NCBI GenBank assembly: GCA_050946455.1
Contig: JBMNUV010000006.1
Coordinates: 23,504-87,503 of the forward strand
Direction: 5' to 3'
Origin: Prevotella sp.
Lineage (GTDB): Bacteria; Bacteroidota; Bacteroidia; Bacteroidales; Bacteroidaceae
Length of the DNA: 64,000 nt
Shown: positions 17,670 through 28,828 of the stretch, piece after piece
How positions within the stretch are numbered: position 1 is the first letter of the stretch
Layout: each line of letters starts with the position of its first letter
Position numbers and translations under genes: made by a program
Notes under the pieces: generated by a model
What the model was told of the DNA's origin: nothing
The model's database searches: none
Seen by the model: only the letters and a program-made list of their open reading frames with translations

Positions 17670-20399
17670 CTACTTCTTCATGAACTTCACAGTGTTGCCA
17701 TTCATGCGTGCCACGTAGATGCCCTGAGCGATTCCGCGACCGTTGACTGTGTTGAAGCCAGCCTTCACATTCACGCGCATCACCTCCATGCCAGCTGCAT
17801 TGTAGATTGAAACTGTACCAGCCTCGGGAGCAAAGATGGTCAGGTTCTCATTAGCTGTAACGCTGAAGCTAACCTTCTCATTCTTCACGCTACCGATACC
17901 TGTAGGAGTAAGGTCACCACCTTCGGTGTCAGCGCCAATGGTGATAGCATAGTTCTTAATCATATCCTCAGGAGCCACATCGAACTCATAAGAAGGACCA
18001 TCGGTCGGTTCTGTGCTGTACTCGTGGTTCGGGTCATTGTCATAGAATCCTCTCACGTAGAATGCCACTGCATCGCTTGGATTATAATACCACTTGCCAT
18101 CGACATCCTTATAAAGAATGTTCAGATAGTAGTAGTAGCGACGGAGCAATGACTCATCCCATGTTACTTTGACGTAACCTTTCAGACCAGCGCTCATGCT
18201 GATGTTGACCAACTTCTCCAAGCCGTTGTCACCAGTATAACCGTTTCTTGTGGAAGCGATGTAAACGTCGATAGCATCCTCATAGCCATTCTCAGAGCTG
18301 AGATAAACGTATGTGGTCAGAGGACCCCACTTCTTGCTAACTGTAGCATACTCCTGTCCCAGATAGTAGCCATACTGATAGAAGGCTGCAGTTGTGAGAG
18401 AAACATCCTGCTCCTCCACGGGATCGGGCTCTTCCTTCTCAGTAATGGTGAGGTTGCCGATGTAGCGGCTGCCAGAGAGGCGCAGATAATCTGTTGTTCC
18501 CTCGTTATTATAGGTTGCCATGAGATAATAGTCACCAGCTGCGAGAGCCTTAAATGCGTCGTTGCCGTGGAATGTGACTGTAACGGTTGAGTTGGCAGCG
18601 ATAGTACCCTCACCAGAAGAAATCACGGTCTCGCTATAGTCGGAACGAGAATAAGCAATCAGTGAGAGGTTGCCTGTGTAGTCGGCATTGCCAGAGTTCT
18701 CCACATTGACAGTGAACTTATAGTCGCTGCCCTGCTCAACAGTTGCGTTGATGGAAGAACCGGTGACAGCAAGCTCATATTTCTCATCAGGCTGCGGTTC
18801 AGGATCATCACCAGAAACAGTCACGCTACCTGCGGAACCCACATACTTATATTCACTACCGTCGTAGTAGTAGATGGCGAGGAGGTAAGTTCCAGCAGTT
18901 GTCTTAGACAAGTCGCAAGTGAAGGAAACCTGAGCCTCACCATTGGCAGCGATATACTGATACGTCTTGCCAACGATTGTTGAATTGGAACTGCCCTCTG
19001 TGTAGATAGCCATGTAGAGATAATCTGACCAAGACTTAGACTCATGCTTGTTACCAACGTTAGCCTTCAGAGTCTCAGTAGAAGTCTGACCTGCGGTCTG
19101 ACCAGTAATTTCAGAAGTGATATAGAGCTTCTCGCCTACATTCTCATCCTCGGGATCTGGGTCGGGCTCCTCGTCACGGTTGGGCTTCAAATAGCGAATC
19201 ATTTCCTGACCTCTGCTGTAGCCACCAGAACCGCCACCGATACCTTCTGTACCAGGCTGGAGCACGTCGAGAAGATGCCATCCGTTGGAGCTTCCGTTCC
19301 AACCCCAGTCAACATGCACATAACCATTGGTTGCATAGCCGTCGAGCACGAAGCAGTGACCGCCACCAGAAGAATAACCAGCATAGATAACGGGACCGTA
19401 AGAATCCATCTCGCCGTGTACATGCTTCAACCAATTTTCAGTAGTATAGTCCTCGCGGCTGATATCGGTCACATTTGAATCATAGCTGAAATTCTCGCGA
19501 AGTGCTCTTGGCACGTCATAGACGTAAGCGCCGGAACCACCAGTAGAAGCGGGACCATAATTCATCTTTACGCAATAGCCAACATCGCGGAGCAGACGTC
19601 CATAGTTGTCAGACTGTGTGTCGTTGAGCTTCACGTTTGTAGCCCTGTCGCGTCCATAGGCATCCACAGCCTCGGGCATCTGGCTCCAGTCGTATTCCTT
19701 GTTCTCGGCAGCACCTTCCTCATCGAAGTTGAGGGAGAGTTTCTGTCCATTCCAATAATAAGAGAAGCTACCAACAGCTTTGTTGGGCCACTCGTGCCAA
19801 CGCAACACGGTGCAGATGGCTGTTGCCACACAGCCGGATACTGTGGGATAAGACCTACCGTTATATACATAGTTGGGGCAATAGCGGTTGAAGGGCCAGT
19901 CCTGACCCAAACTCACAGCGTGAGCACGTTTGGTAGTACGGTCATTCTCGTAAGCCAACAGAGGCTCCTGCTCGATAGTGTAGTTGGCAGAAGCTTGGCG
20001 CACGTGGCGGAATTCGCTTGATTCCACATCGGGCAGGTTCTTGATAGCCCACTGAATCTGATTGCTGTATTCATCATACATCCACTTGATGGAAGGATGG
20101 TTTTCAATGTCCTCTTGGGTCAATTCGCCAGAATCGCTCCAAGCGAGAATAGGCATCACACGGTCGTCACCTGCTACGACAACGTAGCCTTGGTTATCAC
20201 CGCGGTTAAACACATAATACAAGCTCTGCGCCGTTGTTCCCTGTGCGGGAGACTGACGAACATAGGCACACTTCATGGGGAGGTTGCCGCTGTTTCCGAA
20301 CTGGCGAGCCATAGCAAGTGCCTGACTCTGCGTTACAGGATGGGAGAAAGCCATCATTGAAGAAAGCAATGCTCCGGCAATTAACGTAAATCGTCTCAT
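17670..20399 (-). CDS. C10 family (streptopain/interpain-like) cysteine peptidase with I69-type propeptide, Ig-like repeats and T9SS-type C-terminus
   Basis: YYVFNRG...GYVVVAGDDRVMPILAWS propeptide; LGQDWPFNRYCP, catalytic SGCVATA, GGHCFVLDGY, HVDWGWNG; C-terminal IYNAAG...GIYVARMNG.TVKFMKK. Confidence 0.9.
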   Translation of the reverse strand: MRRFTLIAGALLSSMMAFSHPVTQSQALAMARQFGNSGNLPMKCAYVRQSPAQGTTAQSLYYVFNRGDNQGYVVVAGDDRVMPILAWSDSGELTQEDIENHPSIKWMYDEYSNQIQWAIKNLPDVESSEFRHVRQASANYTIEQEPLLAYENDRTTKRAHAVSLGQDWPFNRYCPNYVYNGRSYPTVSGCVATAICTVLRWHEWPNKAVGSFSYYWNGQKLSLNFDEEGAAENKEYDWSQMPEAVDAYGRDRATNVKLNDTQSDNYGRLLRDVGYCVKMNYGPASTGGSGAYVYDVPRALRENFSYDSNVTDISREDYTTENWLKHVHGEMDSYGPVIYAGYSSGGGHCFVLDGYATNGYVHVDWGWNGSSNGWHLLDVLQPGTEGIGGGSGGYSRGQEMIRYLKPNRDEEPDPDPEDENVGEKLYITSEITGQTAGQTSTETLKANVGNKHESKSWSDYLYMAIYTEGSSNSTIVGKTYQYIAANGEAQVSFTCDLSKTTAGTYLLAIYYYDGSEYKYVGSAGSVTVSGDDPEPQPDEKYELAVTGSSINATVEQGSDYKFTVNVENSGNADYTGNLSLIAYSRSDYSETVISSGEGTIAANSTVTVTFHGNDAFKALAAGDYYLMATYNNEGTTDYLRLSGSRYIGNLTITEKEEPDPVEEQDVSLTTAAFYQYGYYLGQEYATVSKKWGPLTTYVYLSSENGYEDAIDVYIASTRNGYTGDNGLEKLVNISMSAGLKGYVKVTWDESLLRRYYYYLNILYKDVDGKWYYNPSDAVAFYVRGFYDNDPNHEYSTEPTDGPSYEFDVAPEDMIKNYAITIGADTEGGDLTPTGIGSVKNEKVSFSVTANENLTIFAPEAGTVSIYNAAGMEVMRVNVKAGFNTVNGRGIAQGIYVARMNGNTVKFMKK

Positions 20400-21050
20400 G
20401 TTAAAGATTTAGGTGAAGCATCCATGTAATAAGTTAAAGGAGCTGATGCCACTTGGATGCGAAAAAGTGACACCGCCCACTCATCAATTTATATAGGGAA
20501 TAAAAGCTCCAGTAAGTGAAGCCTTCAACATACATAACGGCATGAAAATACCCCTTCGCTGACCTTTGGTAGACTTTCCCGTTAAGGAAGGACATGGCGA
20601 AGAGGTTCCGATATATGAATAATCACTGCACCACAGAACAAATGAGTCAAGGGCATGACAATTGTTCCGTGACATAATATTTGCTGGTAGATTTTTCCCC
20701 CGCTGGTCCTTCACGAGTGGCCACAGATGGGGATAATAGTGATATTGTTCCATAAGCATCTTTTTCTGTTCAATCAAAATGAGGCAAATGGATAAACGGC
20801 TTAAATTTATTGATGGTAGATAGTATGTTCCAACCGCACCCAGTCAGACCGTTATCTGAGTTAATCTCAACGTTGCCTCTCTCTTATCTTTTTTGTTTAT
20901 ATTACCTTTCTTTTGTTTCTATTATTAAAAGGATGTACCTTTTCTGCCGCAAAAGTAAAAAAAATCCGAATAACTTCCAAGAAAAGATTGAATTTTTTTC
21001 AAAAATGACTCAATTAAGGCAATAGAAAAAGAAAAGTCATTATAATTTTT

Positions 21051-21118
21051 CCTATGCCCCACTCCCCTTCTATTCTCTTTATTGTCTTGGAATAGAAGGC
21101 TTTAGAGAGGGGCATAGG
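21051..21118 (-). terminator. Branched stem-loop downstream of the second susD
   Basis: CCTATGCCCC...GGGGCATAGG outer stem enclosing CCTTCTATTC...GAATAGAAGG. Confidence 0.55.
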
Positions 21119-21127
21119 AGCGGTTAC

Positions 21128-22756
21128 TCATTCCCCTTTGTTTGAATAGCCAGGATTTTGCTGTAAGTTACTATTCAAACTAATTGCCTTGGAGGGAATG
21201 GGGAATACGGTGGTGAAGCCGTTGTCTTCATCGGTCACCTGAGGACGGATGTCGTAAGCCTGATTGAAAAGACCATAGCGGATGAGGTCCGGACGGCGAC
21301 AACCTTCCCACATCAACTCAAGCAAACGCTCTTCGAGAATATTGGCGAGTGTTGCCTGTCGTGCAGGCATCCCCACTCGTGCCCTTACCTGATTGAGTTC
21401 GGTGGAGCCATCCTCGCCATTGCGCACCTTTGCCTCGGCTTTCATCAAGAGGGCATCGGCATAACGGAAGAGAACTATGTCGTTGTTCTGCAACTGACCG
21501 TCGCTATAGGCTGTGCGGTCAATCTCATATTTCCACATGCGTGCACCGCCCGTCTTCTCATATTCATTTCCAGTGAGGTCCACTGCCACCGCCCACGGAC
21601 GATAGATAAGCGGCTCACCATTATCAAGATACACGATGCTGCCATCCACGCGCAATGTATCAGCAAAGAAGTTGATTGCCCAACGACTGTCAACAGAGTC
21701 TGTGTCGTAGCCATAAGCCTTCACCGTGGAGAGTGTGGCACATGAGCCGTTCTCGGCATCCATTCCGATAGCGCTTCCATGGTTGTAGTGGCGTGAGCGG
21801 AATAGATTCTTGAAAATGTTGGTGTAGAGTTGTTTGTCCATGGGAATCGTGAAGATATTCTCCTCCGATGTCTCGTTTTGAACAGCAAAGTTGCTGGAAT
21901 AATCTGAGGCAAGAGTAAAGCCAAACTGCGTGAGCTTGTCCACGTATGCCTCACACGTTTCCCATGCGTTAAGCTGCTGACCGTCAACGGTGAAATAGAT
22001 GTCGCTGCCCGAAGGCCGTGAGCCGTCGGTCCAGTCGTCGTCGCTATATACTTCGGCATTCAGAGCCAGTCGTGCCAAGAGGAACCAAGCCACAGGACGC
22101 GTGATGCGACCGTAGTAGTTGCCCTGCTGATTGCTGCGCTCGTTGGGCAACAGCGGTGCGACCTCCTGCAACTCATTCACTACAAAACTGAACACCTCGG
22201 AGCGCTGGGCGGGCTTCACATCGGCGAGCGGAGTGGAATATAATGTGTCAATGGGAACTCGGGCAAACATGTCGAGCAGTTCATAATAGAACAGCGCTCG
22301 AACGGCTCTCACTTCTGCTTTATATTGGCTGAGTTGGGTTGACGTGAGCAAGTCCTGATGCTCGTCAATGATAGAGAGCGAGCGGTTGCAAAGCACCACG
22401 ACTTTAAACAAATAGGACCATGTATCATAGAGCGCATCATCGTCAGCCGTCCACTTATGCAAATAGAGGTTCTGCCAGAAGCCACCATCATACCAGTCAC
22501 CACCTCTCGTGGGGATAATGGCTTCATCGGTGGTGAAAGTATTGTAGTCATAGACACCGCGATAGGTTCCCTGCAGTCCCTGACTGTCGCTGTTGCCGCC
22601 GATATAATTGTAGAGCAAGGCAACACTGTTGATATACAGATTCGACGCGGTGCTGTATGCCTCATCCTCGTCAACCTGTCCCTTAGGGTTTTCGTCAAGA
22701 CAGGAAGTGAGTGCCAAAGAGGCGATAAGAAGGAAGATTATCTTGCTTAGTTTCAT
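21128..22756 (-). CDS. susD: RagB/SusD family lipoprotein
   Basis: Lipobox LTSC; DEAIIPTRGGDWYDGG, AEVRAVRALFYYELLDMFARVP, FRYADALLMKAEA, EERLLELMWEG.RR.DLIRYG. Confidence 0.92.
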   Translation of the reverse strand: MKLSKIIFLLIASLALTSCLDENPKGQVDEDEAYSTASNLYINSVALLYNYIGGNSDSQGLQGTYRGVYDYNTFTTDEAIIPTRGGDWYDGGFWQNLYLHKWTADDDALYDTWSYLFKVVVLCNRSLSIIDEHQDLLTSTQLSQYKAEVRAVRALFYYELLDMFARVPIDTLYSTPLADVKPAQRSEVFSFVVNELQEVAPLLPNERSNQQGNYYGRITRPVAWFLLARLALNAEVYSDDDWTDGSRPSGSDIYFTVDGQQLNAWETCEAYVDKLTQFGFTLASDYSSNFAVQNETSEENIFTIPMDKQLYTNIFKNLFRSRHYNHGSAIGMDAENGSCATLSTVKAYGYDTDSVDSRWAINFFADTLRVDGSIVYLDNGEPLIYRPWAVAVDLTGNEYEKTGGARMWKYEIDRTAYSDGQLQNNDIVLFRYADALLMKAEAKVRNGEDGSTELNQVRARVGMPARQATLANILEERLLELMWEGCRRPDLIRYGLFNQAYDIRPQVTDEDNGFTTVFPIPSKAISLNSNLQQNPGYSNKGE

Positions 22757-22813
22757 TTTTATATGGGATTATGTTTTCTGATTATTCTGATTCATCCGCA
22801 TTATCCGTTTCTT

Positions 22814-25542
22814 TCAGAACGAGATACTCAGAGCCAAGCTGTAGCTGCGATAGGCGGGATAAGAGCGTTTGTCGTCGATACCGAGCGTGTTGTTGACCAC
22901 GTAGCTGTTAATCATAGGAGTGATGCCATCGTAGCCTGTGATAGTGGCGAGGTTGTTCACGGAACAGGAGATGCGGAGACCGCTGATATATTTCGAGCGG
23001 ACCGGCACATTCCAACCCACCGTCAGATAGTCGAAGTTGAGATAATCGCCATCTTCCAACCAATAGTCGGTGGCGGTCTGGTCCTTGATGTTCTGTCCCG
23101 GAGCTTTTGCCATGACGTTGTAGTCGGGGAAGCTGGACATATTCATATAGCTGAGTGCCGTTCCGTTGTAGATTTTGTGTCCGAATGCGCCATTCATCTG
23201 CAGTGATATGTCGAAATCCTTGTAACGGAATGAGATATTGGAGCCGAGCGTCACCTTCGGTGTTGCCTGTCCTGCCAAATAGCGGTCGCCGCCGTCCTCG
23301 ATGTTCACTTCTCCATTGCCGTCCAAATCTGCAATGGCATAGCTGTAGCTGCCATCGTCGTTCTGCGTCAGACCCGTGCAGTGGGGCAAATAGAATACAC
23401 CCAAAGGCTGACCCACAATCTGATATACTATCTTGTTGTTGCCTCCATGAAATCCTGCACCGTACAAGCTGCCGATGGCGGTATATTTCGATGCGGTCAT
23501 GTGGGTTCCGTTGTAGTCACCAGAAAGCGAGATGAGTTTGTTATGCTGCCAAGCGAGGTTCACATTGATATTCAGTTCCATGTCGCGCTTCTGAATAGGC
23601 GTGATGCCAATACCCAACTCAAAACCGGAGTTGCTCATCTTGCCGATGTTTGCCAATAGTTTGTTGTATGGATAGGGGGCGTCGGCACATCATATTCATA
23701 GAGCATGTCGCGGGTTTTGGAATAATAGTATTCGGCAGTCAACACAATACGATTGCGCAACAGTCCGAGGTCCATACCAATATTAAAGGTGGAACGCGTC
23801 TCCCATTTCAAGTCGGGGTTGACGTTGCGTGCCATGCCGAGGGTGACAGTGGGCGAGCCATTGTAGCTCACCACGCCAATGGGCTGCATCAAGTTCTTAG
23901 TGTAGTAGGAAGTGACAGCATCGAGATTACCGGTGAGACCATAGCCCGTGCGGAGTTTCAACAGCGTCAGCACTTCCTTGCCTTTCGGCGTGAGCCATTT
24001 GCTAATGTCCTTCATCACGTCCCATGAGAGAGATACCGAAGGGAACACGCCCCAACGGTTGTCTTTGCCCACCATGTTGCTACCGTCATCGCGCATAGTG
24101 AAGGCGAAATTATAGCGGTCGAGGAGCGTATAGTTGAAGCTTGCCATAAAAGAAGCCAATGCCGGGTCCTCGTATTCAGAATCGGTCCCGCCATAAGGAC
24201 GAATGCTTCCGGCTCCAAGGTTATAGTAGCCCACCTCGTTGTCGGTGAATCCTTTCACGAGCGTCCAGAATCCATCGCGCTTGGTCTTTTGGTATTCGCC
24301 CATCAGCGTCACCTCGAAATGATGCACTCCCGCAGTACGCGTGAACGTGAGCATGGCGTTGCCGAGCCAATCATCCGTTTTCATGTTGCCTCTGTATGCC
24401 TGACCCTGTGCCCAAACCCACGTGGGGCAGAACTGGGCGTTCTCGGTGTTGCTGTAGCTATAACTACCGAAGAGAGCCAAATGAAGAGTATTATTTTTGC
24501 GTGCCTCTGGCTGGAAGAGTTTCATCAAGTCGAAGTCGAAACGAAGGTGGGTATTGAAGTTTTGCAGTTTCTCATCGTTGCGCTCATTGATGATGGCACC
24601 GGGCGGATTGATTTGGCTGGCTGTGGTATTCTTCTGCCAACTACCACTTGACGTAGGACCGTAACTGAATGTGGGATTCTGCGTGCAGGCTGAATAGAAC
24701 AACTTTTGCTCGTCAAAGATACCACGGTTCTTCGAAGAGGAACCAAACGCACCGAGGTCCACCTTCAGGAAGTCGTCAAATGCCATCTGGGTGAGGTCAA
24801 ACTTGGCAACAAAGTTCAAATATTCGTTGATTTTAATCACGGTATTATGGTCCATCACACCCACCGATGCACGATAGTTGCTCTTTTCGGTTCCACCGGA
24901 GAAGGCTATGTGGTGATTCTGCACGAATCCCGTGCGCCGTATTTCTTTCTGGAAATCTGTGTCATAGCCGCCATCGTTGTAGTCGACGCCCAATTCTTTA
25001 GCAAGTGCTACGTAGCTGCTGGCGTTGAGCATATCTATATCCTTATATGCCGTCTCAAAGCCGATGTTACCGTCGTAGGAGATGTGGAACTGACCGGCGT
25101 GCCCCTGTTTGGTTTTCACTTCAATTACGCCCGAAGCACCGCGAGAGCCATATTGCGCGGTCTCGGCGGCATTCTTCAAAATAGTGAAACTTTCAATATC
25201 AGCCGGATAGATACTGGAGAGTGTGGCAAGGTCGGAGTTGACACCGTCGATGATGACCAAAGGGTCGTTGCCACCTGTTAGGGAAGTCGTACCGCGCACG
25301 CGTACACTGCTGAGCATTGCCATGCGGTCGGCACCATTAGACGACACGTTGACACCCGCAGCCTGTCCGCTGAGAGCATTAAGTGCATTGTTGACAAGAC
25401 CTTTGTTCATTCGGCTTTCAGTCACCACGTCTGTAGAACCAATGTGTAGAGAATCACTCTCGATATGCATACTTACCTGAGCCTGAGCAGGTAAGAAGGC
25501 ACAAACTGCAAGGACTCCCATTGTCAGTAGTTTTCGTTGCAT
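22814..25542 (-). pseudogene. susC: SusC/RagA transporter split by a single-base frameshift in a G5/C5 run at 23675-23679
   Basis: ORFs 23635..25542 and 22814..23656 are consecutive halves of a SusC (PLVIIDG, LKNAAETAQYGSRGASGVIEV ... LALSISF). Adding one C gives YDVPTPPYPYNKLLANIGKM and a 909-aa protein; the span is 2729 nt (3n-1). Confidence 0.85.
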
Positions 25543-25648
25543 ATGTCAAGGCTTTTAGTAGTTCTTGTGTTAATTGCCAACAAATATATAAAAATAATGT
25601 GTAGATAGCAAGTGAATTGCTGAAAAAAAATTTGTAAGGAGGAAGATT

Positions 25649-25938
25649 GAGTTAGGAGGCGACAATCAGTTAGGAGTTAGGAGATAGGAGTTCTATTAAG
25701 TTAGGAGTTAGAAGATAGGAGATAGGAGTTCTATTAAGTTAGGAGTTAGGAGATAGGAGATAGGAGTTGCTGCGCCGAACACGGAAGCGAATCTAATTAT
25801 GAATTATGAATTATGAATTATGAATTAAAAGATGGGGTTGCTGCGCACCCACTGAACCTACTATACCTACTGAACCTACCAAACTCTCTGTAATAGTTAG
25901 CGAAGCTAATTATGAATTATGAATTATGAATTATGAAT
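25649..25938. repeat. Modular heptamer-array element: (GGAGTTA/GGAGATA)n - GCTGCGC linker - (AATTATG)n - CTACT/GAACCTAC module - (AATTATG)n
   Basis: Direct reading; begins just after the umuC stop; the same modules recur at 40464, 48517 and 51808. Confidence 0.85.
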
Positions 25939-27222
25939 TTATTTCAGCCGAATGATGTCGCGCCAGCGGGTGGTGGGGTTGGGACTCTTGAAGTCGTGCT
26001 TGATAATGTCGGAGAATGTTTTGCTGCCGGGAAACTGCTGGGCTGCAATGATAACCGTCTCGGGACCATTGATTTTGTTGATGCGGTCAACGGCACGGCT
26101 GAGTTGCGAAATCTTCATACGATGTTCCAGACTATCGTCAAACATATTGAGTTGCAAGGGGCGGCGCGGGGTGATGCCCATCACGATGACTCCCGCACGC
26201 TTATAGCGATAGCCCACACGGAAAAGACGGTCCAAACACTTGTCGGCTGCCTTCACAATAACCATGGTTGAGTCGGTGGGCGTGGAAAGCGGAATATCGG
26301 TCATGTTCCAATATTGTGGCAGGTCGTCGCGGAAATGGTTGGTATCAATAAACACACCGACAATCGATGCCAGCGTACCCTGCTTGCGGAGTTTCTCCGC
26401 ACAGTGGGCGGCAAAGTTGGCGATATGGGTGGCGAGCAAGCCACGGTCGGTAATCATTCCATCAAAGGAGCGGCTTACGCACATATTGCGCCGCCACGTC
26501 ACCTGCTCATCTGGCACACAATCCTCGCCATTCAGCTCGCGCCATGTCCGTTCTATCACGATGTTGTGGAATGTCAGTCGCAGCCAAGCGCAACTATGCG
26601 CAGCAAAGTCCCACGCAGTATTCACCTGCATCGCCTCCAAGCGTTTGCCATAGCGACGTCCGATGCCCCATACCTCATCTATGGGAAAGAGCCGCAGAGC
26701 CTTGCGACGCTTCTCCTCACTGTCAATGAGGCATACGTGGTTGTATCCCTTATAGTGTTTGGCAAAGTGGCTTGCCATCTTCGCCAGCGTCTTGGTGGGC
26801 GCAATGCCGATACTCACAGGCATACCCACACTGCGCAGAATACGGTCGTGAAGGTCATGTGCCCAATCGGATAGTTGTTCACGGGTGAAGCCGTCAAGCA
26901 CGCAGAACGCCTCGTCAATGCTATAGCGGAAGTACTTCGGTGCCATCTGACGGATGATGCTCATCACACGACCTGTAATCTCGCCATATAACTCATAGTT
27001 GCTGGAGAATACGGCTATCTTCACACCGGGAAAGAGAGTCGCCAACTGGAAATAGGGCGTACCTGCCTTAATGCCCAAGCGCTTTGCCTCGGCACTTCTT
27101 GCCACGACGCAGCCATCGTTGTTGCTCAACACAACAACGGGCTTGCCTTCGAGGTCGGGGCGGAACACGCGCTCACAACTCACGTAGCAGTTGTCACAAT
27201 CACAGATGGCGTAGTATTTCAT
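25939..27222 (-). CDS. umuC: Y-family DNA polymerase V catalytic subunit (UmuC-like)
   Basis: [61 protein letters not shown]-terminal [11 protein letters not shown]. Confidence 0.9.
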   Translation of the reverse strand: MKYYAICDCDNCYVSCERVFRPDLEGKPVVVLSNNDGCVVARSAEAKRLGIKAGTPYFQLATLFPGVKIAVFSSNYELYGEITGRVMSIIRQMAPKYFRYSIDEAFCVLDGFTREQLSDWAHDLHDRILRSVGMPVSIGIAPTKTLAKMASHFAKHYKGYNHVCLIDSEEKRRKALRLFPIDEVWGIGRRYGKRLEAMQVNTAWDFAAHSCAWLRLTFHNIVIERTWRELNGEDCVPDEQVTWRRNMCVSRSFDGMITDRGLLATHIANFAAHCAEKLRKQGTLASIVGVFIDTNHFRDDLPQYWNMTDIPLSTPTDSTMVIVKAADKCLDRLFRVGYRYKRAGVIVMGITPRRPLQLNMFDDSLEHRMKISQLSRAVDRINKINGPETVIIAAQQFPGSKTFSDIIKHDFKSPNPTTRWRDIIRLK

Positions 27223-27660
27223 TTATCGTTTCCACTTTTTGATGGTCCACACCACAACGCCCCATACCTTGAAGTCATCGAGACTGTCAATGCGGATGGG
27301 CTTATAGTTCTTGTTGGCGGGACGCAATTCGATGTAGCCTTCCTCACGGTGGGTGAGGTCAAGGTATTTGATGGTGAACTCCTCGTTGACAAACGCCACG
27401 ATGATGTCGCCGTTGGCTGGCTCCACCGAACGGTCTATCACCGCAATGTCGCCGTCGTTGATACCGGCATCAATCATCGAATCGCCCGACACCATGCCAT
27501 AGAAGGTCGCTTCGGGATTCTTGATGATGTCGCGGTTGAAGTCTATCGTGTCGTGCATGTAGTCTTCCGCAGGACTCGGGAATCCAGCCTTGATGGAGGG
27601 CGAGAGTTGCAGCGCCAACTGTTTGCTGAACTCGCCTTTTATGATTTTCATCTTTGCCAT
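27223..27660 (-). CDS. umuD: UmuD-like S24 peptidase (Pol V accessory subunit)
   Basis: KAGFPSPA cleavage site, catalytic GDSM and FTIK; its stop abuts the umuC ATG; promoter box TATCTTTG at 27665-27672. Confidence 0.9.
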   Translation of the reverse strand: MAKMKIIKGEFSKQLALQLSPSIKAGFPSPAEDYMHDTIDFNRDIIKNPEATFYGMVSGDSMIDAGINDGDIAVIDRSVEPANGDIIVAFVNEEFTIKYLDLTHREEGYIELRPANKNYKPIRIDSLDDFKVWGVVVWTIKKWKR

Positions 27661-27777
27661 AGTGCAAAGATACATATTTTTTAGAATTAATCTGTAATTT
27701 TCTTCGGCAAATCCCAATCAACGTTTGGAGTATATAGCTAACTTGATAATTCAAAAGAAATGTCTCTCAAAATAATA

Positions 27778-27810
27778 ACGGCAGACTCTCATGTTTTGGG
27801 AGTCTGCCGT
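27778..27810 (-). terminator. Intrinsic terminator
   Basis: ACGGCAGACTC...GAGTCTGCCGT 11-bp stem. Confidence 0.65.
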
Positions 27811-27838
27811 GAAAGAACTAAGTCTTTTATATAGTCAC

Positions 27839-28627
27839 TCATCTGCGTGATGAGCGGGTGCTGCGCTTGTTGTTCTGAGCCAACATTGTCCTATTCTTCG
27901 CGCTACTTTGACTATTGCCAATGGAGAAGCCATTTGATTTGCTCCTGCTTTCTACGCGAACTTGATTAGATTTGCTCTGCAACTGCCGATTCTGACTGCG
28001 CCAACTATTATTAGACTGTACCTTCTGATTCCTATTGTTAGTCGGTGCTGTCCAACTTCTATTCTGATTGTTAGTACGGGTCCTGACAGTCTGGTTGTTC
28101 CAGTTTCGCTTAGCCTGTACCGAGCGTGAGCGCTGAGGAAGCGAGGGCTGCTGGCGGTTGATTTTACGAGAGGGCTGTTTCCAGCTACGACTCTTGTAGT
28201 AGTTCAAGTTGTGACCACCGCGGTAAGTAACATACACGACAGGACGACTTCGGTAGAACTTCCTCGGATTGGTGTAGCGGGTGTAAATGCGCAGGTTGAG
28301 CACATTGTCAATCCATGTCAACGGACGGAAGAAATAGGCGGCTGCCTCATAGAGGCTGTATTGCCAGTCGGCGAGGATAGCGGCAAGACTATTGTTGCGA
28401 ATGCGCCAGTAAGCACCGTATGCATCAGCATAACTGTCAACATGGAGCAGGTAGTCGAGGTTGATTTCGTAGGCTGCCTCATATTGCTCATCGGTGAGGT
28501 TCAACTCGTATGCCATCTTGTCAGCGAGGAAGAGAGCCTCCTCGCGTGCCTCACTGTAACTCATTGCGGAAGCGGATGTGGCTATCGTCATCATCACTAC
28601 CAATATTATAGCTTTATAAGTTTTCAT
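27839..28627 (-). CDS. Conserved exported hypothetical protein with a basic R/N/Q/S-rich disordered tail
   Basis: Signal peptide MKTYKAIILVVMMTIATSASA, then MSYSEAREEALFLADKMAYELNLT.EQYEAAYEINLDY; low-complexity C-terminus. Confidence 0.75.
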   Translation of the reverse strand: MKTYKAIILVVMMTIATSASAMSYSEAREEALFLADKMAYELNLTDEQYEAAYEINLDYLLHVDSYADAYGAYWRIRNNSLAAILADWQYSLYEAAAYFFRPLTWIDNVLNLRIYTRYTNPRKFYRSRPVVYVTYRGGHNLNYYKSRSWKQPSRKINRQQPSLPQRSRSVQAKRNWNNQTVRTRTNNQNRSWTAPTNNRNQKVQSNNSWRSQNRQLQSKSNQVRVESRSKSNGFSIGNSQSSAKNRTMLAQNNKRSTRSSRR

Positions 28628-28828
28628 AATTGTCATCTTTAAAGGGTTCAACTTCTTGTTGATTTCTACTGCAAAGATAGCCATTCCTTTGATGCAGCCC
28701 AAGGTGTTTTTCCTAATTGAATGAGAGGAAACTCCTATAAGTTGGTAGGGGATTACGAACATAAGAAAGAGAAAGAGGACACCAGCCGAAAAATGGCTGA
28801 TACCCTCTTGAGATGTTAGGGTCAGTAG

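Noticed and set aside
20484-20777. 97-aa ORF in the susD-peptidase gap
   Set aside because: No recognisable motif, signal or coupling; probably non-coding leader DNA.
25649-27660. Integrative element carrying umuDC
   Set aside because: No integrase, relaxase, tRNA target or direct-repeat att sites were seen.
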